A stretch of 64,000 bases of DNA from NCBI GenBank assembly GCA_964517605.1, contig CAZFCE010000016.1, forward strand, positions 18,900-82,899. Reading direction: 5' to 3'. Source of the DNA: an uncultured Caldilineaceae bacterium. Its GTDB lineage: Bacteria > Chloroflexota > Anaerolineae > 4572-78 > J111. The stretch's first letter is position 1; every line of letters starts with the position of its first letter. Below, in pieces: positions 1 to 9,175 of this stretch. The notes under the pieces are model-generated. The model saw nothing but the letters and a program-made list of their open reading frames with translations, did no database searches and had not been told where the DNA came from. A program made the position numbers and the translations under genes.

Positions 1-1279
1 GGAGCAGCCCAAAGTAGTATCAGCCGAAGCTTATGTTGTGCCGGTAAAAAAGGCCAACCTCTCTTTTGAATCCGGTGGGCGCGTTGTGGCCGTGGCGGCA
101 GACGAAGACCAATCGGTTGAAGCCGGCAAAATGCTGGTGCAACTAGATGACGCCACCGAGCGCGCTCAACTCAACGAAGCCAAAGCCAATCTGTCCCAAA
201 TGGAAGCCAAACTCACCGAGGCCGCCGCGGGATTATCTCAGGCGCAGGCCAGCCTGGCCAAAGTAAAAGCCGACCCCACCAAAGAGGAAATCGCCCAGCT
301 TAAAGCCGGCCTGGATAGCGCCCAGGCCGCGCTGGACCAACTGGTAGTTGGCCCCAAACCCCAAGAGATTGCCCAGTCCGAAGCCGCCGTTCGCACCGCC
401 CAGGCCCAATTGAACGAACTGCTGGCCAAAGCCCGGCAAGAAGATTTGCAATCTGCCGGCGCGCGCCTGTTGCAAACCCAGGCCGATGTGCGCCAGTCGC
501 AACAAAAATACGACGAAGTTCGCTACGGCGACCCCGACGACGTGCTGGTAGCCGGCGTGGCCCTGGAAAAAGCAACCCTGGCCTACGAAGCCGCCCAGGC
601 CGATTACGACAAGCTGGCGCACGGCGCTACACCCGAACAAATTGCCACGGCCAAATCGCGGGTGGCCGAAGCTCAGGCCGCGCTGGCGGTAGTAAAATCC
701 GGCGCTACGCCCGAACAAATTGCCCAGGCGCAGGCCGCAGTTGCCCGCGCCCAGGCCGACCTGGACAAATTGCTGGCCGGAGCCACTGACGAAGACATTG
801 CCATTGCCGAAGCGCAGGTAGAAACCAGCCAGGCTTCGGTTGAATCGGTGCGGGCCAGCGTTGATGCCGCCAAATCGCAGGTTGAATCGGCCCAGGTGCA
901 GGTTAACAAGCGGCAACTGGTTGCCCCGTTTGCGGGCGTGGTGGGCAGCGTTGATGTAGAAGTGGGCGAAGTGGTGCAGCCCGGCTCGTCGGCGGTTTCG
1001 CTGGGAGATACCGGCAAGTGGCAAATTGAAACCGACGACCTGACCGAGATTGACGTGGTCAACGTGCAGCCCGGCGCCAAAGTAACCATCAAAGTTGATG
1101 CCCTGCCCGGCGAAGAATTTGAAGGCAAAGTGGTGCGCGTAAAACCCAAATCCGAAACCAAAGCCGGCGACGTAACCTACACCGTTTTAATTGATATTAC
1201 CAAAGGCAGCACCAGCCGGTTGCGCTGGGGCATGACTACCTATGTTGACATCGAAGCCGATTCCGGCATTCCCCGGTAA
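1..1279 (+). CDS. HlyD/MacA-family membrane-fusion (periplasmic adaptor) protein, 5'-truncated by the window edge
   Basis: Frame is open from nt 2 (EQPKVVSAEAYVVP...), so the listed GTG at 38 is internal. Lipoyl-like segment GGRVVAVAADEDQSVEAGKMLVQLDD, a very long Ala/Gln coiled coil with GATPEQIA repeats, and C-terminal beta segments LVAPFAGVVGSVDVEVGEVV and VTYTVLIDI. Confidence 0.8.
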   Translation, partial: EQPKVVSAEAYVVPVKKANLSFESGGRVVAVAADEDQSVEAGKMLVQLDDATERAQLNEAKANLSQMEAKLTEAAAGLSQAQASLAKVKADPTKEEIAQLKAGLDSAQAALDQLVVGPKPQEIAQSEAAVRTAQAQLNELLAKARQEDLQSAGARLLQTQADVRQSQQKYDEVRYGDPDDVLVAGVALEKATLAYEAAQADYDKLAHGATPEQIATAKSRVAEAQAALAVVKSGATPEQIAQAQAAVARAQADLDKLLAGATDEDIAIAEAQVETSQASVESVRASVDAAKSQVESAQVQVNKRQLVAPFAGVVGSVDVEVGEVVQPGSSAVSLGDTGKWQIETDDLTEIDVVNVQPGAKVTIKVDALPGEEFEGKVVRVKPKSETKAGDVTYTVLIDITKGSTSRLRWGMTTYVDIEADSGIPR

Positions 1280-1324
1280 TCTGGCGGCCATTCCGGTTTC
1301 TGTAGTAAAAAGCGAGACAGAACA

Positions 1325-2821
1325 ATGAAAAAATTTACTCTTTTGCTGGCTATCATTTTAGGTTTACTGGTTAATTTAAGCGTGGCTGCCGCCGCCCTGG
1401 CCCAGGAAGATACCGACGCCATTTTGGCTCGCGCCGCCGCCAAAAGCTTTTTAGTTACCCTTACCCGCCCGGAACTAACCAGTGTGCGCGCATTTTACCT
1501 GGCAGATGGCCTTACCGCCGACGCCATTGTGGCCCAACTGGGCGGCCCCGTAACCGATGCTGAAATCATCAAAGCCGATTGGCTGAAGCCCGGCCAAACT
1601 TACCAGGTGCAGGCCAAACTTTTGCCCGGCGGCCAAACCATCCGCGTTAACACCGGCAAAATCAACAACCGCTGGCGGGTAAACGGCCTGGAATTAATCG
1701 CGCCCGCCGCCGGCAAAACCGGCCAGGCAATTACCACCACCACCACAACCGGGCCGCAACCGGTAGATGGCAATGGCACTGGCAAACTGGCCTTTCAAAC
1801 CGGCAGCGGCGGCGATATTTACGTCATCAACGCCAACGGCACCGGCCTGCACCTTGTAACCACCGGCCTAGACCCGCAACTTTCGCCCAACGGTAATCAG
1901 ATTGCCTTTACGCGCTGGTCGCCGCAGCCGGAACTGTTCACCATTAATGTGGATGGCACCAACGAGCGCGCCTGGTTTAGTGGCCGCCTTCAAATGAAAT
2001 CGCCCACCTGGAGCGCCGACGGCACCAAACTGGTGTTCAGCTACCAAAACGGCGGCAAACTGGAGGCCGAAACCAAAAAGTACACCCAAAAAACGCTCAT
2101 CAGCGCCGCCATGCAGGGCGATTCGGTGCGCATTCCCGATAACGCCCGGGGCGTTAAATACGAAAACGGCGTGCTGCAATTTACCATTCCCGCCGATGCC
2201 TACTGGTGGCTGGCCGAAGTTGACACCGCCGCCAACACCTACCGCGACCTGTCAACCGGTTCGCGCTACAACTACGCGCCCACCGGCCACCCCACCGACC
2301 CGGCCCGGCTGTACTACCGCACCGACAAAGGCATTGGCGAATACAACGATGCCGGCCAAACCAGCCGGCCCGTTAGCAGCGATGACCGCGACCGGGGCGC
2401 TATCGCCATTTCGCCGGATGGAACCAAAGCCGCCTTCACCTACTATCAGGATGGCAACTGGGAAATTCACACCATCAACCTGGATGGCACCAACCGCCAG
2501 CGGCTCACCAAAACCCCACTCAACGTGGTTGCCGAGCGCACCATTACCGACAACCAGGTTGAGATTAACATTGAAGGCTACCGCACCATGAGCCGGGCGC
2601 AGGGCGGCGCGATGGCCAACCTCAACTGGAACAACGCCGCGCCCGCGTGGTCGCCGGATGGCAGCCAGATTGCCTTTGTAACCGACCGCGCCGGCCAATG
2701 GGAAATCTGGCTAATGAACGCCGATGGCTCAAACCAGCGGCCCATGTTTCCCAACGGCGCGCTCACCGGCATCCAGCTTCAGTTTAACGGCGTAGACGAG
2801 CGCATGCTCTCGTGGCGGTAA
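1325..2821 (+). CDS. Secreted PD40/TolB-like beta-propeller repeat protein
   Basis: Signal/anchor MKKFTLLLAIILGLLVNLSVAAAALA. Repeated PD40-type blades (SPDGTKAAFTYYQDGNWEIHTINLDGTN; SPDGSQIAFVTDRAGQWEIWLMNADGSNQRP). Confidence 0.7.
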   Translation: MKKFTLLLAIILGLLVNLSVAAAALAQEDTDAILARAAAKSFLVTLTRPELTSVRAFYLADGLTADAIVAQLGGPVTDAEIIKADWLKPGQTYQVQAKLLPGGQTIRVNTGKINNRWRVNGLELIAPAAGKTGQAITTTTTTGPQPVDGNGTGKLAFQTGSGGDIYVINANGTGLHLVTTGLDPQLSPNGNQIAFTRWSPQPELFTINVDGTNERAWFSGRLQMKSPTWSADGTKLVFSYQNGGKLEAETKKYTQKTLISAAMQGDSVRIPDNARGVKYENGVLQFTIPADAYWWLAEVDTAANTYRDLSTGSRYNYAPTGHPTDPARLYYRTDKGIGEYNDAGQTSRPVSSDDRDRGAIAISPDGTKAAFTYYQDGNWEIHTINLDGTNRQRLTKTPLNVVAERTITDNQVEINIEGYRTMSRAQGGAMANLNWNNAAPAWSPDGSQIAFVTDRAGQWEIWLMNADGSNQRPMFPNGALTGIQLQFNGVDERMLSWR

Positions 2822-2965
2822 TGCCCATCACCCAAACCGGCCACCACTAACTGCATTTTCAGAGCAAACCAACCGAATCGGCGATACCGCAACGAGTGAT
2901 GAAAATACCACTCCGGGCGAAGCGAAGAGGCTCCGTAACAAGTAACCGGAGACCCTTCGGCGCTT

Positions 2966-3000
2966 GCGCCTTCAGGGTGACATTCGCCATTCGCAATTTT
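2966..3000 (+). repeat. Partial copy of the promoter-proximal intergenic repeat (cagggtgacattcgccattcgcaatttt module)
   Basis: ttcagggtgacattcgccattcgcaatttt matches the 3' half of the element at 3074-3147. Confidence 0.6.
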
Positions 3001-3073
3001 CAAGAGAGACGGACTCAGCCGGCGGCAACGCGCCGCAGAATGAAAATTGTAGAGGCAGGCCTTGCGCCTGCCC

Positions 3074-3147
3074 ACCTTGGGCGACCGCGAGGGTCGCCCC
3101 TACTCAGGGTAACATTCGGTATTCGCCATTCGCAATTCGTTATTTTT
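3074..3147 (+). repeat. Roughly 73-bp dispersed intergenic repeat, copy A (GC hairpin plus cattcg-type short repeats), ending 13 nt before the PFK-like start codon
   Basis: accttgggcgaccgcgagggtcgcccctactcagggtaacattcggtattcgccattcgcaattcgttattttt. Contains the hairpin gggcgacc-gcga-gggtcgccc. Near-identical to the reverse complement of 9848-9920. Confidence 0.85.
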
Positions 3148-3160
3148 AAGGGAGTGACCC

Positions 3161-4399
3161 ATGATCCATAAACGTGTTGGAATTTTAGTTGGGGGCGGCG
3201 ACGTGCCCGGTCTCAATATGTGTATCAAAAGCCTGGTGTACCGGCTCATTGACGAAGGTTTTGAACCCATCGGCATTCGCAAAGGGTGGGAAGGTTTAAT
3301 CCGCTACAACTACCACGATCCCACCACCTACGGTGATAACTTCATCGAACTGAATAAAAACATGGTGCGCCCCATAGACCGCACCCCCGGCTCTTTTTTG
3401 CACTCGTCCCGGATTAACCCGCTGGCAACGCCCGCCAAATACATTCCGGAGTTTGAGCGGCAACCGGGGCAAGCCACTCAGGATATGAGCCGGCACATCA
3501 AAGAAGTGGTAGAGCGGCTGGGCTTCAGGGGCCTGATTGTCATTGGCGATGACGACATGCTGCGCTCCGCCGCCGTGCTCAGCCGGGCCGGCGTGCCGAT
3601 TATCGGCATCCCCAAAACCATTCACAACAACATTTTTGGCACCGATTACACCATTGGCTTTAGCACCGGCCTGGCCCGGGGCGTGGCCTTTATCCACGAA
3701 CTGCGCTCGCTGGCCGGTTCGCGCGAGCAGATGGTGGTGATTGAGACCTTTCGGGTAAACTCCGGCCTCAGCACGCTGATGGTGGGCTTTTTGGCCGGCG
3801 TAGACCGGGTGCTCATTCCCGAAGTGCCTTACGACCCCGAAAAACTGGCCGTGCTGCTGCAACAGGATAAAGCCATTAACCCCAGCAACTACGCCGTGGC
3901 GCTGGTTAACGATGGCGCGACCATTGTTGAGGACAAAATCCTCAAATATTCGCCGCACCTGTCGCCGCGCAGCAAATCGCAGGCGCTCAAATTGATGACC
4001 GAAGAAAAGGCCAAACAGGCCCGGCAAGAGGATGATTTCTCGCTGGATGAAGTGGTTGAAACCGGCAGCAGTTTGGCCGGCAGCGGCATGGTGGTGGCCG
4101 AGTTGATGCGCCATCTCACCGGCGAAGATGTGTTTTTGCAATCGCTCACCTACCTGCTGCGCACCGGCAGCCCCGACGGGCAGGATTTGCTGGGAGCCAC
4201 CAATTTTGCCATTCGGGCGGCCCGCATGGTGAAAGAGAACCGATTTGGCCGGATGACGGCCTATCAACAACGCTATAACCTCACCGATGTTGATTTGCAG
4301 CTTGTAACTCAGGGCGTAAACGGCGTTAACGTGGCCGAAATGTACGATGTGGACGATTACAAGCCTAAAGTCAACTTGATTTGGGCCGTGCAGGAGTAA
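3161..4399 (+). CDS. Phosphofructokinase-family protein (PfkA-like fold, atypical active-site motif)
   Basis: GILVGGGDVPGLN, VIGDDDM and IIGIPKTIHNNIFGTDYTIGF match the PFK family consensus (GGD.PG.N; GGDGS/GGDDT; P[GK]TIDNDI.GTD.T.GF). RBS aagggag lies 6 nt before the ATG. Confidence 0.75.
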   Translation: MIHKRVGILVGGGDVPGLNMCIKSLVYRLIDEGFEPIGIRKGWEGLIRYNYHDPTTYGDNFIELNKNMVRPIDRTPGSFLHSSRINPLATPAKYIPEFERQPGQATQDMSRHIKEVVERLGFRGLIVIGDDDMLRSAAVLSRAGVPIIGIPKTIHNNIFGTDYTIGFSTGLARGVAFIHELRSLAGSREQMVVIETFRVNSGLSTLMVGFLAGVDRVLIPEVPYDPEKLAVLLQQDKAINPSNYAVALVNDGATIVEDKILKYSPHLSPRSKSQALKLMTEEKAKQARQEDDFSLDEVVETGSSLAGSGMVVAELMRHLTGEDVFLQSLTYLLRTGSPDGQDLLGATNFAIRAARMVKENRFGRMTAYQQRYNLTDVDLQLVTQGVNGVNVAEMYDVDDYKPKVNLIWAVQE

Positions 4400-4422
4400 C
4401 CGCCGGCCCGCAGGAGTACATT

Positions 4423-5169
4423 ATGTTTAACAGCAATACCCAAAAACCGGCTGATTACGAATACGTTGTTCAGGTTAAAGATGTGGTCAAAAGCTTTAAA
4501 GTGGGCGATGGCGAAGTGACCATTCTCAAAGGCATCTCCTTTGATGTGAAAAACGGCGAGTTTGTCTCGATTGTCGGCCCGTCGGGCAACGGCAAATCAA
4601 CTTTGCTCAACATGATTACCGGGATTGACCGCCCCAGCGATGGCAACGTGCTGGTGACCGGTCGCAATCTCAACAAAATGTCCGAAAACCAAATGGCGGC
4701 CTGGCGCGGCGAAAACGTGGGCATTATCTTTCAATTTTTCCAAATGCTGCCCGCCCTTAGCCTGCTGCAAAATGTTATTTTGCCAATGGACTTTGCCAAC
4801 AAATATTCGGCCAAAGAACGCCGCGAGCGGGCCATGCACCTGCTGGAAATTGTGGGGCTGGAAGACCAGGCCAACAAACTGCCCAGCATGGTTTCGGGCG
4901 GGCAGCAGCAACGCGCCGCCATTGCCCGCGCCCTGGCCAACGACCCGCCGCTGCTGGTTGGCGACGAACCCACCGGCAATCTGGATTCGCGCACGGCGCA
5001 GGATGTGTTTGATCTTTTCTCCAAACTGGTTGAATCCGGCAAATCCATGTTAATGGTTACGCACGATAAAGAGATGGCGCGCCGGGTGCCGCGGGTGGTG
5101 GAGATTACCAACGGCAAAATTACCCGCGACGAGTACATTGGCGGAGGCGTTAGCTGGACAGGGTATTAA
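4423..5169 (+). CDS. ABC transporter ATP-binding protein (MacB/LolD-like)
   Basis: Walker A GPSGNGKST, signature VSGGQQQRAAIARAL, Walker B LLVGDEPTGNLD, H-loop VTHD. ATG 4423 is preceded by caggag; the listed 4381 start overlaps the upstream gene. Confidence 0.9.
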   Translation: MFNSNTQKPADYEYVVQVKDVVKSFKVGDGEVTILKGISFDVKNGEFVSIVGPSGNGKSTLLNMITGIDRPSDGNVLVTGRNLNKMSENQMAAWRGENVGIIFQFFQMLPALSLLQNVILPMDFANKYSAKERRERAMHLLEIVGLEDQANKLPSMVSGGQQQRAAIARALANDPPLLVGDEPTGNLDSRTAQDVFDLFSKLVESGKSMLMVTHDKEMARRVPRVVEITNGKITRDEYIGGGVSWTGY

Positions 5170-5170
5170 G

Positions 5171-7582
5171 ATGAGCGTTATTTGGCACAAAGTTTGGTCC
5201 GATTTATGGGATAACAAAGTTCGCACCATGCTGGCGGTGCTGAGCATTTCTGCCGGCGTTTTTGCCATTGGCGCTATTTTTGGCATGAACGACCAGCTTC
5301 TCACCGGCATGGACGCCGCTCACCAGGCGGTGGTGCCTTCGCACATTTTTATGGGGCTGCAAAGCGATATTGACCGCGACACCGCCGACCGCCTGAAAAA
5401 AATCAAGGGCGTTGAGGACATTGAGGTGCTCAACGAGGTAGCGGTGCGCTACAAAATCAAGCCCCAAGACGATTGGCGCTCGGCCCGGATGATTATGCGC
5501 GATGATTACTACGATCAAACCTACGACCGGCTGCAACTCAAAGAGGGTGAATGGCCCCACAAAGACAACCTGGCCATTGAGCGCCTGTCGAGCCAGTACT
5601 ACGGCATCAACATTGGCGATGAAGTAATCTTTGAAACCGACAAATCGGATCGCCGGCTGTTGATTACCGGCAAAGTGCGGCACAACTTTGTTGAGCCGCC
5701 CCAATTTGGCGGTGATGCCGTATTTTTAGCCGATGCCCCGGCGCTGGAACGCTTCAACGTAAAAGAGGGGCGTTTTGGCAGCCTGTTTGTGCGGGTAAAA
5801 CCCTACAGCCTGGAACTTGCCCACGAAGTCGCCTCGGAAATTAAAGACCGGCTGGGCAAAGAGGGCGTTGGCGTTGGCTTTGCCACCTACCAGGACCCCA
5901 ACAAGCATTGGGGCCGCATGTTTGTGGAAGGCATTAATCTGGTGCTGCAAGTTTTGGCCGTAATCTCCCTGTTTATGAGCGTGATTTTGGTGACTAACAC
6001 CATGACGGCCATTATTACCCAGCAAACCAACCAGATTGGGATTATCAAGGCCATTGGCGGCACCACCGGCGCAATTTTAAAAGTGTATTTAACCACTGTG
6101 TTTATTTACGGGCTGCTGGCGTTTTTAATTTCGCTGCCGCTGGGGGCGCTGGTGGCCTATGAGTTGAGCCGCTGGTTTTTAAACCTGTTCAATATAGATT
6201 ACGAAACCTTCCAATTTTCCAGCCGCGCCGTTATTTTGCAGGGCGTGGCGGCCACGCTTATTCCGCTGCTGGCCGCGTTGTGGCCAATTTTAAACGGCGC
6301 GGCCATTACCGTGCGCCAGGCGATTGCCAGCTACGGGCTGGGCAGCGGCAAATTTGGCGGCAGCCCGCTGGATCGCAGCATTGAGCGGTTGGGCCAGCGC
6401 ATGCTATCGGCGCCCAATGCGGTGGCGTTTGGCAATATGTTCCGGCGCAAGGGGCGGCTGCTGCTAACGCAACTATCGCTGGTGGCCGCTGGAACTATGT
6501 TTTTGGTGGTGATGAGCCTGTCGGCTTCCATCAACTACACGCTCGATACCGAACTGAACCGGCGCGGGTTTGATGTGCGCCTGGGGTTTGACGATGCCCA
6601 ACGCACCGACCGCATTGAAGCCATGAGCCAGGCGGTGCCCGGCGTGGCCCAAACCGAGGTGTGGTTCACCACGCCGGCCTCAATTTTAAAACAGGGCCAG
6701 CGCACCAAAGAGGCGGGCGTGGGCGCGCAGTTAACCGGCATTCCCGGTGGCAGCCGCATGTACGCGCCGCTGATTGTGGCCGGGCGGTGGTTGCAACCCG
6801 GCGATGACCGGGTGGTGGTCATTAGCAAAGATACCGCCGACGACAACAACATCAAGGTTGGCGATACCGTTACCTTGAACTTGTTTGATTTAGGCGATTC
6901 CGATTGGCGGGTGGTGGGGTTGTTCCAGGTGATTTTTGGCGGCGGCTTTGATTCCGAGCCGATTTACGCGCCGCTTGATGCCGCCTACAACGCCACCAAA
7001 AAACACAATACCGGTGACCGCCTGCTGATAAAAACCACTCCCCGCGATACCGCCAGTATTGAAAAAATAGCGCAACAGCTAAAAGATAACTTTACCGCCC
7101 GCAATATGGATATTAACGGGTTTGCTACCGGCACCACGCCGCAAGATAAAATCGAGGCGGCAACCCAGTTTGCCATCACCACCAATATGTTAATGGCGCT
7201 GGCCATTATTGTGGCTATGGTGGGCGGCATTGGGTTAATGGGGTCGCTATCAATCAGCGTGGTAGAGCGCATCCGTGAAATTGGCGTCATGCGGGCCATT
7301 GGCGCGCGCACGCCCACCATTATGGGCATGTTTATGCTAGAAGGCGTGCTGCAAGGGCTGTTTAGCTGGCTGATGGCGGTGCCGTTATCCATGCTGGTGG
7401 CCAAACCGCTGGCCGATGCGTTGGGGCAGGCCATCTTTGAAGCCAACCTGGATTACCAGTACAGCTACCAGGCGGTGCTGGTGTGGCTGCTCATCATTTT
7501 GATGATTTCTACGCTGGCCTCGCTGGTGCCGGCGCGCAACGCCACGCAAATCAGCGTGAGCCAGAGTTTGGCCTACCAGTAA
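5171..7582 (+). CDS. ABC transporter permease with duplicated FtsX/MacB-type modules
   Basis: Two large extracytoplasmic domains, each followed by FtsX-type TM bundles (LVLQVLAVISLFMSVILVTN...; MLMALAIIVAMVGGIGLMGSLSISVVERIREIGVMRAIGA). ATG 5171 lies 1 nt after the ATPase stop. Confidence 0.85.
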   Translation: MSVIWHKVWSDLWDNKVRTMLAVLSISAGVFAIGAIFGMNDQLLTGMDAAHQAVVPSHIFMGLQSDIDRDTADRLKKIKGVEDIEVLNEVAVRYKIKPQDDWRSARMIMRDDYYDQTYDRLQLKEGEWPHKDNLAIERLSSQYYGINIGDEVIFETDKSDRRLLITGKVRHNFVEPPQFGGDAVFLADAPALERFNVKEGRFGSLFVRVKPYSLELAHEVASEIKDRLGKEGVGVGFATYQDPNKHWGRMFVEGINLVLQVLAVISLFMSVILVTNTMTAIITQQTNQIGIIKAIGGTTGAILKVYLTTVFIYGLLAFLISLPLGALVAYELSRWFLNLFNIDYETFQFSSRAVILQGVAATLIPLLAALWPILNGAAITVRQAIASYGLGSGKFGGSPLDRSIERLGQRMLSAPNAVAFGNMFRRKGRLLLTQLSLVAAGTMFLVVMSLSASINYTLDTELNRRGFDVRLGFDDAQRTDRIEAMSQAVPGVAQTEVWFTTPASILKQGQRTKEAGVGAQLTGIPGGSRMYAPLIVAGRWLQPGDDRVVVISKDTADDNNIKVGDTVTLNLFDLGDSDWRVVGLFQVIFGGGFDSEPIYAPLDAAYNATKKHNTGDRLLIKTTPRDTASIEKIAQQLKDNFTARNMDINGFATGTTPQDKIEAATQFAITTNMLMALAIIVAMVGGIGLMGSLSISVVERIREIGVMRAIGARTPTIMGMFMLEGVLQGLFSWLMAVPLSMLVAKPLADALGQAIFEANLDYQYSYQAVLVWLLIILMISTLASLVPARNATQISVSQSLAYQ

Positions 7583-7587
7583 CCGGC

Positions 7588-9129
7588 CTAGTTGTACCAA
7601 CTTTTTTTGGCGGGGTCGGGTTGATCCATCACTTGAAAAATAACGGCAAATTCATCCTGGTACACCCGTTTGAGGTAGGGGTCCAGGTCGGCTTTATCCA
7701 GAAAGCCGGAATGCTTCAAATCGGTGATGGCAAACCGGGCGTTGAACTCGGTTTTGATGACCGGGCCGATGTTGCCCCAGCCGTTGGTGGTATCGCGCCA
7801 CACCTGGTACAACTGCGGGTTGGCCAGCGCCATGTAGGTGGGGTCCAGCCCCAACGTGTAGGTGTTGGCGGTGTTGTAAAAGAATAGCTGGCAAAAATCA
7901 TCCCAATCTGATTGAAAAATTATGCTGCCCGGCGCGCTGTTGTTTTGCAGCCAGGTGGCGGCGGCGGCGTATTGCTGGTAGGGGCTGCTTTGCCCCAACG
8001 TGGTTTGAACCTGCCGCACGGTAAAAATCAGCAAAGGCAACAGCAGTAAGGCCAGCACCAGCGGCAGCAGCCGGGCCTGCCGCGCCCGCCGCCGCCAATC
8101 GAGCAGCAGCGGCTTCCAGGCCACGGCGCAAAAAATCAGCGCAAAGGCCGGAAAATACTCAATAAACCGGCGCGATTTGAGCAGCAGCACCCCAAAAAAC
8201 AGCGTCACCATAAATAATACGGCGGTGGCAGTATCCATGCGGCGGTCGCGCAGGCCCAGCGCCAGCGCCGCCGCCGCCAGCGCCAGCAGCGTTGGCCCGG
8301 AGTTTTTAGCCAGCGCCCATGTGCTGTAGGCGTACCACTCGTTGCCCACGTCAATATCGGCGGTTGCCAAATCGGTGAGTTTGGGCAGGTAGTGGTGGTA
8401 AATAAAAATAACATTATTGGGGAAATAGGGGTTAATCAGCAGGCCCAGCACGCCGCCCAGGCCGGCGTACCACAGCGGCGCAAGGTTGAGTTTGCGCTCA
8501 ACCAGCCCAACGGCCAGCACGTACATGCCAACCAGCCCCAGTAGCAGCGGCAGGGCATCGTACAACCAGGCGTAGGTAAATGCCAGCGGCAACAACCGGC
8601 GATGCCGCCCGGTGAGCAGCCAGTGCAGCGCCAGCAGCAGCGCCAACAACGATACCGCCTGCACCCTGACCATGCTCAGCCGGAACAAAAACGCATCCGA
8701 TACGGCAAAAAAACCCAGCGCCCACAGCGCCGCCAACGGCACGTTTTGCCCGCGCAACACAATCCAGCCCATAAAAAAGGCCAGCGCCGCAAAAATAACC
8801 GCCGCCCACTTGGCCCCAATCCGCAAATCTCCGCCGGTAAAAGGGATGAGCAGCACGTGGTACAAAAAATGGTGGTCGGCGTAGGTATCGGCCTTGAGGA
8901 TGGTAAGCGGCAGCCACACAAAAGCCGGGCGCACCCCCTGCTGGCGCATCACCTGGGCAAATTTTATGTGAAAGTAATCATCGTTGCCGGCCAAGTTAGG
9001 TGTGGAAAATTGAATAACGGCCCACAACGCCACAAAGCCCAGCAACACCGCCGCGCCGGTTAAAAAAGTTTGGCCGTGGCGGCGCGGTATATTTGCCCAC
9101 AAACCGGTTGACAATAACGAGATTTTCAT
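7588..9129 (-). CDS. Polytopic membrane protein (possible GT-C-type glycosyltransferase), function unassigned
   Basis: More than 10 hydrophobic helices followed by a soluble C-terminal domain of about 130 aa. Only the topology resembles ArnT/PMT-like enzymes; I saw no diagnostic motif. Confidence 0.55.
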   Translation of the reverse strand: MKISLLSTGLWANIPRRHGQTFLTGAAVLLGFVALWAVIQFSTPNLAGNDDYFHIKFAQVMRQQGVRPAFVWLPLTILKADTYADHHFLYHVLLIPFTGGDLRIGAKWAAVIFAALAFFMGWIVLRGQNVPLAALWALGFFAVSDAFLFRLSMVRVQAVSLLALLLALHWLLTGRHRRLLPLAFTYAWLYDALPLLLGLVGMYVLAVGLVERKLNLAPLWYAGLGGVLGLLINPYFPNNVIFIYHHYLPKLTDLATADIDVGNEWYAYSTWALAKNSGPTLLALAAAALALGLRDRRMDTATAVLFMVTLFFGVLLLKSRRFIEYFPAFALIFCAVAWKPLLLDWRRRARQARLLPLVLALLLLPLLIFTVRQVQTTLGQSSPYQQYAAAATWLQNNSAPGSIIFQSDWDDFCQLFFYNTANTYTLGLDPTYMALANPQLYQVWRDTTNGWGNIGPVIKTEFNARFAITDLKHSGFLDKADLDPYLKRVYQDEFAVIFQVMDQPDPAKKSWYN

Positions 9130-9175
9130 ACCCGCTATTTTAACCGATTTTTATTGGCTTGAGAAACGCCGCCGG

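Noticed and set aside
233-1024. 263-aa antisense ORF inside the HlyD-family gene (also 300-575 and 673-1161)
   Set aside because: A shadow ORF of a high-GC gene with Gly/Arg/Phe/Leu-biased low-complexity translation. The sense strand carries clear family motifs.
2896-3171. 91-aa and 61-aa ORFs in the gap before the PFK-like gene (and 2779-3075 minus)
   Set aside because: They are composed entirely of the intergenic repeat modules, and the same peptide-like strings would arise wherever the repeat occurs.
3296-4270. 324-aa antisense ORF opposite the PFK-like gene
   Set aside because: The sense strand has unambiguous PFK motifs, and the antisense product is His/Gly/Ala/Arg-rich with no motif.
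1-7582. A contiguous macA-macB-type operon
   Set aside because: The adaptor gene and the ABC ATPase/permease genes are separated by a PD40-repeat gene, a repeat-filled 339-bp gap and the PFK-like gene. A functional link is plausible, but a single operon is not supported.
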